From Sphingobium sp. (GTDB lineage: Bacteria; Pseudomonadota; Alphaproteobacteria; Sphingomonadales; Sphingomonadaceae), in the NCBI GenBank assembly GCA_009360885.1, contig SPEL01000006.1, positions 6,303 through 70,302 on the forward strand: DNA of 64,000 bases, in the 5' to 3' direction. Made by a program: the position numbers and the translations under genes. The notes beneath the pieces are model-generated. The model made no database searches. It saw nothing but the letters and a program-made list of their open reading frames with translations, and was not told the origin of the DNA. Positions 49,228 through 59,840 of this stretch are shown one piece after another; position 1 is the stretch's first letter, and every line of letters begins with the position of its first letter.

Positions 49228-49938
49228 ATGACCACAGCATATAAACCCGGCGATCCCACGACCCTCAACCGCCTCTATGGGCGCTCTAAGGGCAAACCCC
49301 TGCGCAGCTTTCAGCAATCGCTGACGGAGACCTTGTTGCCGGAAATCGCCGTGCCGCTGGAAGGTCCGGTTACGTCCAGATCGCTATTTGGTGATGACCG
49401 CCCGCTGCATTTTGAAATCGGCTTTGGCGGCGGGGAGCATATGGCAGGGCGCGCGGATATGCTGCCGGATCATGGCTTTATCGGCTGCGAGCCGTTTTTG
49501 AATGGCGTGGCGCAGGCCCTCACCCATGTTCATGGAGATGCGGAGAAGGTAGGCATTCCTAATGTGCGAATCCACCATGGTGATGCGCTAGAGGTGCTTT
49601 CGCGCATTCCCGATGGGGCGCTCAGCTTCGCTTATCTGCTGCACCCCGACCCATGGCCCAAAGCGCGCCATGCGAAACGCCGGATGATGAATAAGGGCCC
49701 GTTGGATATGATCGCCGCCAAGCTGAAACCGGGCGGTGAATTCCGTTTCGGCACCGACCACCCCATTTACCTACGCTGGGCGCTGATGGTGATGAATGGC
49801 CGCAGCGATTTTGAATGGCTGTGCGAGAAACCACAAGATTTCCTCAAACGCCCCGGCGGCTGGCCCGAAACCCGCTATGAGGCAAAGGCACGTCGGCAAG
49901 GCCATGAGGTCTGGTACTTCCGATTTCGTCGTAAATAA
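49228..49938 (+). CDS. trmB: tRNA (guanine-N7) methyltransferase
   Basis: EIGFGGGEH, GCEPF, PDPWPKARHAKRR, TRYEAKA. Confidence 0.95.
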   Translation: MTTAYKPGDPTTLNRLYGRSKGKPLRSFQQSLTETLLPEIAVPLEGPVTSRSLFGDDRPLHFEIGFGGGEHMAGRADMLPDHGFIGCEPFLNGVAQALTHVHGDAEKVGIPNVRIHHGDALEVLSRIPDGALSFAYLLHPDPWPKARHAKRRMMNKGPLDMIAAKLKPGGEFRFGTDHPIYLRWALMVMNGRSDFEWLCEKPQDFLKRPGGWPETRYEAKARRQGHEVWYFRFRRK

Positions 49939-50040
49939 GTCGGGTTATCTGGTACCTGAACTATCAGGGCATGATCCGATTCCATATGATGAAGCCATGC
50001 TGTATGAGCAGGAACGAAATAGCATAACCGGATTATTACG

Positions 50041-50658
50041 ATGCCCGTCGCCCCTGACCTTCTCCATCTTGGCCAGCTCGTCGCCAAAACGCACGGATGG
50101 CCCAGCGCCAAAGCCTTCAAGGCCTATAGCTGGACTGAGCAGGATCAGGCAGGAATCGCCTCCTGCACATCGCAAATATTGCGCCGTTTCCCTGCTACCG
50201 AAGGAAAGCATGATTTACTGACGGCAACATTGGCCTTTCAGCTCCAGCGTCATTTACAACGCCCAACGCATTCTGTCCCGGTTCATCTGGTAGCAGGAAC
50301 GCTCAGCGTTGAAGGGGCCCTTGTTCTGGGCGATCGCCTGCCAGCCGACGGAACCAGCCCCTTTTCCGCCAACGCCCCAGATTGGCAGGGCCATTTATGG
50401 ATAATGATCGGTCCTCACGTCGTTGATGCAGCGATTTTCCGTCTGGCAAACTCACCTGATTGTCCACCCGTGCTGGCTCGTCATGTCCACTCCTTATTCG
50501 GGCCTGACAAAGCCGTGTACGTCGACCAGTGGCGTCGTTCCCGCCGGATCGGGCTGGAATATAACCCGCTTTATGTGCTGAGCGAGGACGATATATCCCC
50601 GCTTCTTTCCGCCGCCTATCAGTTACTGGATGAAAAGCGGGCAAACGCGGCGTCATGA
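50041..50658 (+). CDS. Hypothetical protein
   Basis: 205 aa ORF with ATGA overlap to the GST gene; GHLWI..VVD motif. Confidence 0.65.
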   Translation: MPVAPDLLHLGQLVAKTHGWPSAKAFKAYSWTEQDQAGIASCTSQILRRFPATEGKHDLLTATLAFQLQRHLQRPTHSVPVHLVAGTLSVEGALVLGDRLPADGTSPFSANAPDWQGHLWIMIGPHVVDAAIFRLANSPDCPPVLARHVHSLFGPDKAVYVDQWRRSRRIGLEYNPLYVLSEDDISPLLSAAYQLLDEKRANAAS

Positions 50659-51305
50659 CACGCCCGATAGTCTATAGCTTTCGCCGCTGCCCCTATGCAA
50701 TGCGGGCAAGGCTGGCCCTTGCGGTTAGTGCAACACAGATCGAGTTAAGAGAAGTAAAGCTGGCGGCGAAACCAGAGGCGATGCTGCTTGCCTCCCCTAA
50801 AGGCACTGTCCCTGTTCTCGTGCTGCCCGATGGCGGCGTCATTGACGAAAGCATCCATATCATGCGGTGGGCCTTAGACCGGCATGATCCGGAAGGCTGG
50901 CTAGCGCGAGATGATAAGTCCCTGATCGCCGACAATGACGGCCCCTTTAAACGCAATCTGGACCGGTATAAATATCCAGATCGGCACGGATCAGATGCAA
51001 CAGCCCATAGGGCGGAGGGCCTCGTCTTTCTTCAGATATTGGAGAACAAGCTGGCAAATACACCCTATCTTTCCGGCAACCAACGCGGGCTGACAGATGC
51101 CGCCATCATGCCCTTTGTGCGGCAATTTTCTGCGGTTGATTCAGGCTGGTTTGAAATGCAGGACCTGCCCCGACTGAAACAATGGCTGTCTGATTTGACA
51201 ACCTCAAACATATTTACAGCCATCATGATGCGCCTCCCGCCATGGCGCCCACATGATGAACCCGTCTATATCGACTGGAAAGAATATGGGCTCCGTCCCC
51301 AATGA
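50655..51305 (+). CDS. Glutathione S-transferase family protein
   Basis: YSFRRCPYAMRAR, SPKGTVPVL, IDES, DAAIMPFVRQF. Confidence 0.92.
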   Translation: MTRPIVYSFRRCPYAMRARLALAVSATQIELREVKLAAKPEAMLLASPKGTVPVLVLPDGGVIDESIHIMRWALDRHDPEGWLARDDKSLIADNDGPFKRNLDRYKYPDRHGSDATAHRAEGLVFLQILENKLANTPYLSGNQRGLTDAAIMPFVRQFSAVDSGWFEMQDLPRLKQWLSDLTTSNIFTAIMMRLPPWRPHDEPVYIDWKEYGLRPQ

Positions 51306-51583
51306 CGAGGGAAACACCTCGCCTTCGATAATGAATATCTGCGAGCGATAGTAAATTCAGTCCTATTTTCCCAGAGACTGCAAATCATAAAGATCGATAG
51401 ATTTAACCCGGCATGATTGGTATCCAGAACAAATAATATAAGCACCATAGCAATAATCGTTAATTATTATTTTTTATAATATTATCATCAACCCTCGGAA
51501 CCAAAAACATATTTGATAAATACTTCGCAAATCCTTGCCTTATAAACAAAATACAACATATAAATCATCCATTCGTTACGATT

Positions 51584-52948
51584 ATGGATGATAATTATAT
51601 GACCAGCCCCGCCCCCGATGCTGCCACTCTGTCTACCGACATATCCCGGATCTTCGCCCTGCAGCAAGAACATCAGTGGAATGTCAAAGCCTCAACCGCG
51701 GAACAGCGCAAAGCAAAGCTGGAAAAGCTGAAATCCGCAGTAGAGGCCCATACAGACGCCATCATTGCGGCGGTGCAGGAAGACACCCGTAAACCCGAAG
51801 GTGAAATCCGTGTTACTGAAGTGCTGAACGTCCTTTCCAATATTCAGCGCAATATTGATAATCTTGATGCGTGGATGGCCCCCACACAAATAACCCCCTC
51901 GCTAAACCCCAATGACAAAGCCCAGATCCATTATGAGGCGCGCGGCGTGTGCCTGATATTAGGCCCATGGAATTTCCCGCTGGGGCTCACTCTGGGGCCG
52001 GTTGCCGCCGCCATTGCTGCCGGCAATTGCTGCATGGTGAAATTAACGGATTTGTGCCCGGCCACGGCCCGCGTCGCAGGCCAGATTATTCGCGATGCTT
52101 TTGATGAAAATGAAATCGCCCTGTTCGAAGGAGACGTCAGCATTGCCACCGCATTGCTTGACCTGCCATTCAACCATATCTTCTTCACCGGCAGCACCCG
52201 CGTCGGGAAGATTGTGATGGCAGCCGCCGCAAAGCATCTGGCCAGTGTAACGCTGGAACTGGGCGGCAAATCTCCGGTCATTATTGATGAAGGCGCGGAT
52301 GTTGAAAAAATCGCGGCCGATCTCGCCGCCGCCAAACAATTTAACGGCGGGCAGGCCTGTATCTGCCCTGATTATGTTTTCGTGAAGGAAGATCAAAAAG
52401 ATCGTCTGGTCGAAGGATTCCGGGCTAATGTCGCCAAAAATCTTTATTCGGAAGATGGCAAAATCAAAAAAGAAAGCATCGCGCAGATAGTGAATGCAGG
52501 CAATTTTGCCCGCGTTAAAACCTTGTTCGACGATGCTGTCGCCAAGGGCGCTACCATATCCGTGGGCGGAGTATTGGAGGAAGAAGACCTCACTATTCAC
52601 CCCACAATGCTGACCGATGTAACGCCTCAGATGAAGATTTTGCAGGAGGAAATATTCGCCCCGCTCCTCCCTGTCATGACGTATGACAACCTCGATCAGG
52701 CCATATCCTATATCGAAGCGCGGGATAAGCCGCTGGCGCTCTATATCTACAGCAATGATGAAGCCAATGTTGAGAAAATCCTGAACAGGACTTCTTCGGG
52801 CGGCGTGACTGTCAACGGCGTATTCTCTCACTATCTGGAAAATCAGCTTCCTTTCGGCGGCGTCAACCAGAGCGGATTAGGCAGCTATCACGGCCATTTT
52901 GGCTTCAAGGCGTTCTCGCATGAACGCGCTGTCTATCTGCATCAATAA
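51584..52948 (+). CDS. Aldehyde dehydrogenase (class 3 / coniferyl-aldehyde DH-like)
   Basis: PWNFP, FTGS, LELGGKSP, GQACICPDY, EEIF, PFGGV. Confidence 0.93.
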   Translation: MDDNYMTSPAPDAATLSTDISRIFALQQEHQWNVKASTAEQRKAKLEKLKSAVEAHTDAIIAAVQEDTRKPEGEIRVTEVLNVLSNIQRNIDNLDAWMAPTQITPSLNPNDKAQIHYEARGVCLILGPWNFPLGLTLGPVAAAIAAGNCCMVKLTDLCPATARVAGQIIRDAFDENEIALFEGDVSIATALLDLPFNHIFFTGSTRVGKIVMAAAAKHLASVTLELGGKSPVIIDEGADVEKIAADLAAAKQFNGGQACICPDYVFVKEDQKDRLVEGFRANVAKNLYSEDGKIKKESIAQIVNAGNFARVKTLFDDAVAKGATISVGGVLEEEDLTIHPTMLTDVTPQMKILQEEIFAPLLPVMTYDNLDQAISYIEARDKPLALYIYSNDEANVEKILNRTSSGGVTVNGVFSHYLENQLPFGGVNQSGLGSYHGHFGFKAFSHERAVYLHQ

Positions 52949-52980
52949 GCGCTGAAAAACGTCCTGTTCCTACAAACAAC

Positions 52981-53016
52981 AGGGGCGATGAGCGGAACAC
53001 CCGCCATCGCCCTTTT
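52981..53016 (+). terminator. Terminator after the aldehyde dehydrogenase gene
   Basis: GGGGCGATG..CATCGCCCTTTT. Confidence 0.7.
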
Positions 53017-53115
53017 GTGTGGTGAGGAAGCTGTTACTGCAGGTGAGCGCAACAGAAAAATGGCCTGATCCACTAACCGGCTCGGGCAGAATCAATGGCT
53101 GCCCGACCGATACTA

Positions 53116-53673
53116 TCAGGACCCATTCTCCGCTGTGCTGCCATCCACCTTCTCCACCCATTCCGGGTAGAAGCTCGGTTCCCGGTTGGACCAGCCAATA
53201 GCCGTTGCCGCTGCCTCGCTGATGGATTGCAGCAAAGCGCGCCTGCGGTCAGGGTGCAGATTGGGCAAGCTTGCCGCCGCGCAAAAGGCCGCGGGGAGCC
53301 ATGGCCGCGATGACGCCCCCAGCAGTCGTTCATATAAAAACCGAAAGGCAGAGAAAGTGCTCAGCCGGTCCTGCCCCAGATCAAAGGCAGCTATGGTAAT
53401 GAGCGGCGCCAGAAATGGCTCCACCTTATCCATCTTACTATCATCAGGGATGATCGGACGAATTTGCGCCAGCCGTTCATAAATACCGGCCTGCGCCTTG
53501 ATACTGGCCGCCTCGGTCATGTCACGGGACCATAATTCCATCGCATCTACCCGGCGCAATGCTACATCCAATGAGCGGCGGATATAGCGCTGCGTTGCCG
53601 CAGGAAAACTTGCGAACTCACGCATTTCGGCCAGTGTGATCGAACCATCTGGCGCTTTGCTGCTGGAACTCAT
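53116..53673 (-). CDS. Hypothetical protein
   Basis: 185 aa ORF filling the gap, SD-like AAGGCAGGG; TLAEMREFASFPAATQRYIRRSLD. Confidence 0.75.
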   Translation of the reverse strand: MSSSSKAPDGSITLAEMREFASFPAATQRYIRRSLDVALRRVDAMELWSRDMTEAASIKAQAGIYERLAQIRPIIPDDSKMDKVEPFLAPLITIAAFDLGQDRLSTFSAFRFLYERLLGASSRPWLPAAFCAAASLPNLHPDRRRALLQSISEAAATAIGWSNREPSFYPEWVEKVDGSTAENGS

Positions 53674-53729
53674 AACCCTGCCTTCTCAATATAGAAACCG
53701 CGGGATGATAGCATATACAATTTGAACCA

Positions 53730-53772
53730 TTAGCAAATGGTTAAGCATGTTTTGGGCTTAATATGGATTTAA
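53730..53772. promoter_or_regulatory. CtrA boxes upstream of the 53673 gene
   Basis: Perfect TTAA-TATGGAT-TTAA (53758-53772) and near match TTAG-N7-TTAA (53730-53744). Confidence 0.6.
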
Positions 53773-54186
53773 ACCCGATTGCAATCCCACATGTTCATGT
53801 TTGCCCTATCTTGAACGCAGGACGCCCCCGAATGCAAGGGAACATTCGGAGGCGTCATCCTTTCATGCTGTCGGGCACTTCAGGATATAATTCATAACGA
53901 AACCAATACGAAATCAGCAGCAACAGAAAAACGAGAGGAAAACAGCGCCGCATGACGGTACATCATGCCTGTTTGGGCAGATCATACACTCTCTCCTCCG
54001 TTCTTCGGGCCTGACCGGTTTTAATCGGTTCTTTATCCCATCGAATCGTTGTTACCGTAGCGTAAACCATATATCGACGCGAGGGGAAATGTAAAATAAC
54101 GTTACATAACGAGGTAAAAGCCGCACGGCTTCCTTCATCAATTGCAGCCATCCACATAAAACGGATGATTGCACAAATCCCCCATA

Positions 54187-54201
54187 GAACATATATGGAA
54201 C
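54187..54201 (+). promoter_or_regulatory. LexA SOS box upstream of uvrA
   Basis: GAAC-ATATATG-GAAC. Confidence 0.88.
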
Positions 54202-54272
54202 GAACAGAGGCGAATCCGTAATTATGCGGCCCGATTCTGGCCATGAAAGACAGCGCAGGAAATCCCCCCTCA

Positions 54273-57200
54273 ATGTTAACCCATATCAAGGTGCGCGGCG
54301 CCCGCGAACATAATCTCAAGGGCGTGAATGTCGATCTGCCACGAGACAAGCTGATCGTCATTACGGGTCTTTCCGGGTCAGGTAAATCCTCCCTTGCCTT
54401 TGATACCATCTATGCCGAGGGGCAGCGCCGCTATGTCGAGTCGCTCTCGGCTTATGCACGCCAGTTTCTGGAAATGATGCAAAAGCCGAATGTCGAACAT
54501 ATTGATGGCCTTTCTCCTGCCATCAGCATTGAACAGAAAACCACCAGCCGCAATCCGCGCTCTACCGTCGCCACCGTGACGGAGATTTATGATTATATGC
54601 GTCTCCTCTGGGCGCGTGTGGGCATACCTTATTCCCCCGCAACGGGCCTTCCCATTTCTGCGCAGACGATCAGCCAGATGGTTGATCGGGTACAGGAGCT
54701 GCCGGATGGGACGCGCTTTTATCTGCTCGCGCCGGTGGTGCGGGGCCGCAAGGGCGAATATAAAAAGGAACTGGCCGAATGGCAAAAGGCTGGTTTTACC
54801 CGTGTCCGCATAGATGGTGAGCTATATTCGATTGAGGAAGCCCCCGCGCTCGATAAGAAATATAAGCATGACATAGAAGTGGTGGTAGACCGCCTTGCTG
54901 TGCGCCACGATGATGACGGATCAAACCGCACACGCCTTGCCGACAGCTTTGAAACCGCGCTGCGGCTGGCCGATGGGCTGACTTATGTTGATCTCGCCGA
55001 AGGCGTTGTGCCGGGGCGTGAAAGCGAAACACAGGCCGGTGGCGCGATGAAGAACGCAGGTATTCCGGCCAATCGCATCGTCTTTTCAGAGAAATTTGCC
55101 TGCCCGGTTTCCGGCTTCACCATTCCCGATATTGAACCGCGATTGTTCAGCTTCAACGCGCCGCAAGGGGCTTGCCCGGCGTGCGATGGTCTGGGCGAAA
55201 AATTGCTATTCGACGATCAGCTTGTTGTTCCCAATGAGGATTTATCCCTCAAAAAAGGGGCGATTGTTCCTTGGGCGAAATCCAACCCACCCAGCCCTTA
55301 TTATATGCAGGTATTGGGCAGTCTGGCGAAAGAATTTGGCTTCAGCCTCGACACGCCATGGAAGGATTTACCGGGCGAGGTGCGCCTCATCATCTTGCAT
55401 GGCACCGGCGGCAAGGCAGTTAAATTACGCTTCATCGACGGCAAAAAAAGCTATGAGGTAGAAAAACCCTTTGAAGGGGTGATGGGCAACCTCAATCGCC
55501 GGATGCTTCAAACCGACAGCGCCTGGATGCGCGAAGAACTGAGCAAATATCAGACCGCTCAGCCCTGCGAAGTGTGCGACGGCGCGCGCCTCAAACCAGA
55601 GGCATTGGCAGTTAAAGTCGCTGGTGGCACCATCAGTGCCAGCACGCGCCTGTCGGTAGTGGATGCGCTGGCGTGGTTCACCGCCCTTCCTGAACAACTA
55701 ACGGACCAGCAAAATCAAATAGCGAAAGCCATTTTGAAGGAAATTGTCGAGCGCCTCGGTTTCCTCAACAATGTCGGTCTGGATTATCTGAACCTCAACC
55801 GCACCAGCGGCACCCTCTCTGGCGGGGAGAGTCAGCGTATTCGCCTCGCCAGCCAGATTGGGTCCGGCCTGTCCGGTGTTCTCTATGTTCTGGATGAACC
55901 CAGCATCGGCCTGCATCAGCGCGATAATGATATGCTGCTCGCGACGCTGCAACGCCTGCGTGATCTCGGCAATACAGTGATCGTGGTGGAACATGACGAA
56001 GACGCCATCCGCTCCGCCGACTATATCGTCGATATGGGGCCGGGCGCGGGTGTGCGCGGCGGGCAAATCGTCGCCGAAGGAACGCTGGACGCGATTTTAC
56101 AGACGGAAGGCTCTCTCACCGCCGATTACCTCAACGGCACGCGCGCCATTGAAGTGCCGAAGAAACGTCGCAAGGGCAATGGCAAGAAGCTGACCGTCCA
56201 TAATGCCCGCGCCAATAATCTGAAGGGCGTGAGCGCTAGCATCCCGCTTGGCACCTTCACCTGCATCACCGGCGTTTCCGGGTCCGGCAAATCCAGCTTC
56301 ACACTCGACACGCTCTACGCCTCTGCGGCCCGCACCCTGAACGGCGCACGCGTGGTTGCTGGTGCGCATGATAAAATCACCGGGCTGGAACATTGCGATA
56401 AGGTGATTGACATTGACCAGTCGCCCATTGGCCGTACCCCGCGTTCCAACCCCGCCACTTATACCGGCGCGTTCACCAATATTCGTGACTGGTTTGCGGG
56501 CCTGCCAGAGGCGCAGGCGCGGGGCTATAAACCAGGCCGTTTCAGCTTCAACGTCAAGGGCGGTCGATGTGAGGCGTGTCAGGGCGATGGCGTCATCAAG
56601 ATTGAAATGCACTTCCTGCCCGATGTCTATGTCACCTGCGAAGAATGTGGCGGCAAACGCTATAACCGTGAAACGCTGGAGGTGAAGTTCAAAGGGCATA
56701 GCATCGCTGATGTCCTTGACATGACGGTTGAGGATGCGGTTGAGTTCTTCAAGGCTGTCCCTTCCATCCGTGATAAAATGGCGATGCTGGCGGAGGTCGG
56801 CCTTGGCTATATTAAGGTCGGGCAGCAGGCCACCACATTATCTGGTGGCGAGGCCCAGCGGGTTAAGCTGGCCAAGGAACTCTCCCGCCGCGCAACCGGC
56901 AAAACGCTCTATATCCTTGATGAACCCACCACTGGCCTGCATTTTGAGGATGTGCGCAAATTGCTGGAGGTTCTCCACGCCCTTGTCGATCAGGGCAACA
57001 GCGTTGTGGTGATTGAGCATAATCTCGATGTTATCAAAACGGCGGACTGGCTGATTGATCTTGGCCCCGAAGGCGGCGTTAAGGGCGGCGAGGTCATCGC
57101 CACCGGCACACCAGAGCAGGTTGCAAAACAGGCCATTGATGGGACCGCAGGCGGCCGCAGCTATACCGGCAAATATCTGGCACCACTCCTCAAGAAATAA
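54273..57200 (+). CDS. uvrA: Excinuclease ABC subunit A
   Basis: GAREHNLK, two GxSGSGKSS Walker A motifs, LSGGESQRI / LSGGEAQRV, Zn fingers. Confidence 0.99.
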   Translation: MLTHIKVRGAREHNLKGVNVDLPRDKLIVITGLSGSGKSSLAFDTIYAEGQRRYVESLSAYARQFLEMMQKPNVEHIDGLSPAISIEQKTTSRNPRSTVATVTEIYDYMRLLWARVGIPYSPATGLPISAQTISQMVDRVQELPDGTRFYLLAPVVRGRKGEYKKELAEWQKAGFTRVRIDGELYSIEEAPALDKKYKHDIEVVVDRLAVRHDDDGSNRTRLADSFETALRLADGLTYVDLAEGVVPGRESETQAGGAMKNAGIPANRIVFSEKFACPVSGFTIPDIEPRLFSFNAPQGACPACDGLGEKLLFDDQLVVPNEDLSLKKGAIVPWAKSNPPSPYYMQVLGSLAKEFGFSLDTPWKDLPGEVRLIILHGTGGKAVKLRFIDGKKSYEVEKPFEGVMGNLNRRMLQTDSAWMREELSKYQTAQPCEVCDGARLKPEALAVKVAGGTISASTRLSVVDALAWFTALPEQLTDQQNQIAKAILKEIVERLGFLNNVGLDYLNLNRTSGTLSGGESQRIRLASQIGSGLSGVLYVLDEPSIGLHQRDNDMLLATLQRLRDLGNTVIVVEHDEDAIRSADYIVDMGPGAGVRGGQIVAEGTLDAILQTEGSLTADYLNGTRAIEVPKKRRKGNGKKLTVHNARANNLKGVSASIPLGTFTCITGVSGSGKSSFTLDTLYASAARTLNGARVVAGAHDKITGLEHCDKVIDIDQSPIGRTPRSNPATYTGAFTNIRDWFAGLPEAQARGYKPGRFSFNVKGGRCEACQGDGVIKIEMHFLPDVYVTCEECGGKRYNRETLEVKFKGHSIADVLDMTVEDAVEFFKAVPSIRDKMAMLAEVGLGYIKVGQQATTLSGGEAQRVKLAKELSRRATGKTLYILDEPTTGLHFEDVRKLLEVLHALVDQGNSVVVIEHNLDVIKTADWLIDLGPEGGVKGGEVIATGTPEQVAKQAIDGTAGGRSYTGKYLAPLLKK

Positions 57201-57549
57201 GGGAATCTCTGCGCTCTTCCCCCGCTCATAAAATCTTGAGGTTCACTCAATGCTGGTTAGTGGGGTAGCCAGCATGACCGCAACACGAGAGGACGCCAGT
57301 CTCCGTTACAAGGGTTGACCATGTGCCTGTTCCACAACACCCCCATGTAACGGGGATGGAAACATGGCCAATCTCAATCAGCGGGCCGTCCGCCGCCAGC
57401 ACTTATTTTCTCCATGAATGGCGAACAAGGATGAGGCGCCACTCCGGCACCGATGCAGCCCGGCATTAAACCCGGCATTGAAATGCTAGCTCCCTCCTCT
57501 CGCCTTATCACTTAATCACTATCAATCCATAAAGCCCGAACCCGCTCCA

Positions 57550-58314
57550 TCATACTCCATAGCGTTTATTCCCGCCTGATGTGATGCAATAGCGGCCACC
57601 GCGCGGGCCTATGCACACAGTGCCACCCCTGCACGGGCACGAACCACTATAGCTTTCAGAACGAAAACTCTGCCGTTTCTTTTTCTTCGCCTTTTTGCGG
57701 GAAGTCGATTTTTTGCTTTTCTTCGCGGGCGATAGCGCAGCGAAGGATTGTCGGTTGGTGGACATATTTCCGGCACCAGCCGTCCCCACGGCAAAGGCAG
57801 AAGAAACCTCTGTAGCATCACGCATATTGGTGTCGGGCCTGTCGACATTAACAACGTCCCCACCCCTATCTCTATTACCCTTGCCACTCGGAGGCGTGCC
57901 ATAGCTCTGCCCCCCGGCGCTGGCGCCCTTCCTCCCGGACAGGCCGTGCCCTTCTCCGGACATTATCCGTGCCGGGCGCGACGCCCCGATATAACGACTC
58001 GCCACCCAGAAGCTACGATCCCCCTGCTCTACCTTGGCCCAGTCGCCTTTCCGCTCCACCAGTTGCAATGCGCTCCCCTCTGGCAGCCTGCCTATCACCA
58101 TCGCGCTATCGGATGGTTCCACCCGCGCCTTTAGCACGGACGCCTGCACATAAAGGGTTTCCTTCGCCCCGCCATCACCCGCAGCAGATTGCCCCGCAGG
58201 CCCACAACCGAAAAGCAACAAAATGACACAGGCCATCAACATGGTCCCGCTCCAGCAACCACCTCTTTCCTCCATTGCCTGCCCCTTCATACCCCCAGCA
58301 AAGAGGCGCAGCAT
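57550..58314 (-). CDS. SH3b-domain putative lipoprotein with basic Cys-rich C-terminus (start uncertain, possibly 58242)
   Basis: LLLFGC lipobox-like; LKARVEPS..GDWAKV..FWVASRYI; CPCRGGTVCIGPRGGRYCITSGGNKRY. Confidence 0.75.
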   Translation of the reverse strand: MLRLFAGGMKGQAMEERGGCWSGTMLMACVILLLFGCGPAGQSAAGDGGAKETLYVQASVLKARVEPSDSAMVIGRLPEGSALQLVERKGDWAKVEQGDRSFWVASRYIGASRPARIMSGEGHGLSGRKGASAGGQSYGTPPSGKGNRDRGGDVVNVDRPDTNMRDATEVSSAFAVGTAGAGNMSTNRQSFAALSPAKKSKKSTSRKKAKKKKRQSFRSESYSGSCPCRGGTVCIGPRGGRYCITSGGNKRYGV

Positions 58315-58426
58315 AAAGGAAATTCACCCTTCCAAAGTCGCTATCTGGTCCAGAATAACGCCCATCATCGGACAATTCGCACCATTTCCGACATGCTATT
58401 TTATCAGGCTTTGTCAGACGCCTAAC

Positions 58427-58451
58427 GGAACCCCTCACGCCCTTTTTCGTT
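58427..58451 (+). promoter_or_regulatory. EcfG/SigT general-stress promoter
   Basis: GGAAC-N16-CGTT upstream of the glycine-zipper lipoprotein gene. Confidence 0.75.
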
Positions 58452-58493
58452 AAATGGATGACGCCTGCTCCGTAGAACAGGCCAGCAAGGAGA

Positions 58494-58916
58494 TTGGCTA
58501 TGCCACATTCATTCTTACCCCCACGCATATTATTAGGGGCCTGCGCTTTGGCGGTTCTGCCACTGGCGGCTTGTAGTGATTATGGCGATGGCTATGGCGG
58601 CCGCCCCGGCTACAATAATGATGGCGGCAATTATGATCGGGGGAACCGTGGACGCGACCGCAATCGTGGACGCGACCGCGACAATAATGGCTATTACATC
58701 GGTGATAATGACCATATTTATCGCAATCGGGACGGCAGCTATTATTGCAAAAAACCCGATGGCACGACCGGCACGATCGTTGGCGGCCTTGCAGGCGGCG
58801 TACTGGGCAATGTCATCGCACCGGGTGGCAGCAAGACGCTTGGCACCATCCTTGGGGCCGCAGGTGGCGCAGTTGCGGGACGCGCGATTGACCGGGGCAA
58901 TGTGCGCTGCCGCTAA
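58494..58916 (+). CDS. Glycine zipper 2TM lipoprotein
   Basis: LAAC lipobox; YYCKKPDGTTGTIVGGLAGGVLG..GAAGGAVAGRAID. Confidence 0.88.
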   Translation: MAMPHSFLPPRILLGACALAVLPLAACSDYGDGYGGRPGYNNDGGNYDRGNRGRDRNRGRDRDNNGYYIGDNDHIYRNRDGSYYCKKPDGTTGTIVGGLAGGVLGNVIAPGGSKTLGTILGAAGGAVAGRAIDRGNVRCR

Positions 58917-58972
58917 TGGCGTATAAATAACGGCGGGCGGGAGGACATTCCCGCCCCTTTAACTGCTTGCGC

Positions 58973-59788
58973 CTATTTCTGGCATTTCCCGCAGTAAAAT
59001 GTGCTGCGCCCGCCATCTACCCGCCGCAGCACTTCCCCGCCGCAGGAAGGGCATTTTTCGCCCTCTCGCCCATAAACCCGCCACTCTTTTGAGAAATATC
59101 CCAGTTCCCCATCCGGGCGCGCATAATCCTTCAAGGTCGAACCACCCGCCGCGATGGCACTGGTCAGCACCTGTTGTATCGCCTCCACCAGCCGCTTGAG
59201 CCTCGGCGCACTAATCTGCCCAGCGACCGTCCATGGCGCTATGCCCGCCATGTTAAGCGCTTCACACACATAGATATTCCCAAGGCCCGCCACCACGCGC
59301 TGATCCAGCAGGGCAAGCTTAATCGCCGTCCCTTTACCTGTCAGTGCAGCCTTCAACACCGCCCCGGTAAAATCATCGCCCAAAGGCTCCGGGCCCATTT
59401 TCGTGAAAGGAAGATAGGACGTCACAGCCTCTGCCCGTGCCAGTTCAACAAAACCGAAACGCCGCGGGTCACATAAGGCCAGCCGTCGCCCTTCGTCTGT
59501 CTCCAGCAATAAATGGTCATGCTTGCCGATTTCCTCCGGATCGATCCGCCATCTCCCCGACATACCGAGGTGGAAAATCATCACATCGCCGCGATCCGTT
59601 TCCACCAGCCCATATTTGGCCCGGCGGCTAAGGCCCGTCACCCGCGCGCCCGTCATTCTCTGTCGTAAATCCACCGGGAAAGGCACCCGTAAATTGGCGC
59701 GTCTTGGCTCCACCAATGTCAGCACCCGGCCATCCAGCACAGACCGTAAACCGGCCACCGTCGTTTCTACTTCAGGTAATTCAGGCAT
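58973..59788 (-). CDS. mutM: Formamidopyrimidine-DNA glycosylase
   Basis: MPELPEVET, HLGMSG, DPRRFG, GLGNIY, C-terminal Zn finger. Confidence 0.98.
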   Translation of the reverse strand: MPELPEVETTVAGLRSVLDGRVLTLVEPRRANLRVPFPVDLRQRMTGARVTGLSRRAKYGLVETDRGDVMIFHLGMSGRWRIDPEEIGKHDHLLLETDEGRRLALCDPRRFGFVELARAEAVTSYLPFTKMGPEPLGDDFTGAVLKAALTGKGTAIKLALLDQRVVAGLGNIYVCEALNMAGIAPWTVAGQISAPRLKRLVEAIQQVLTSAIAAGGSTLKDYARPDGELGYFSKEWRVYGREGEKCPSCGGEVLRRVDGGRSTFYCGKCQK

Positions 59789-59840
59789 ATCTGTGCTTAA
59801 CCGCTTCCATCCTTGGCGAACAGGGGTTAGAGAAACCCGC

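Noticed and set aside
57250-57360. Retron msr-msd
   Set aside because: No reverse transcriptase gene in the window
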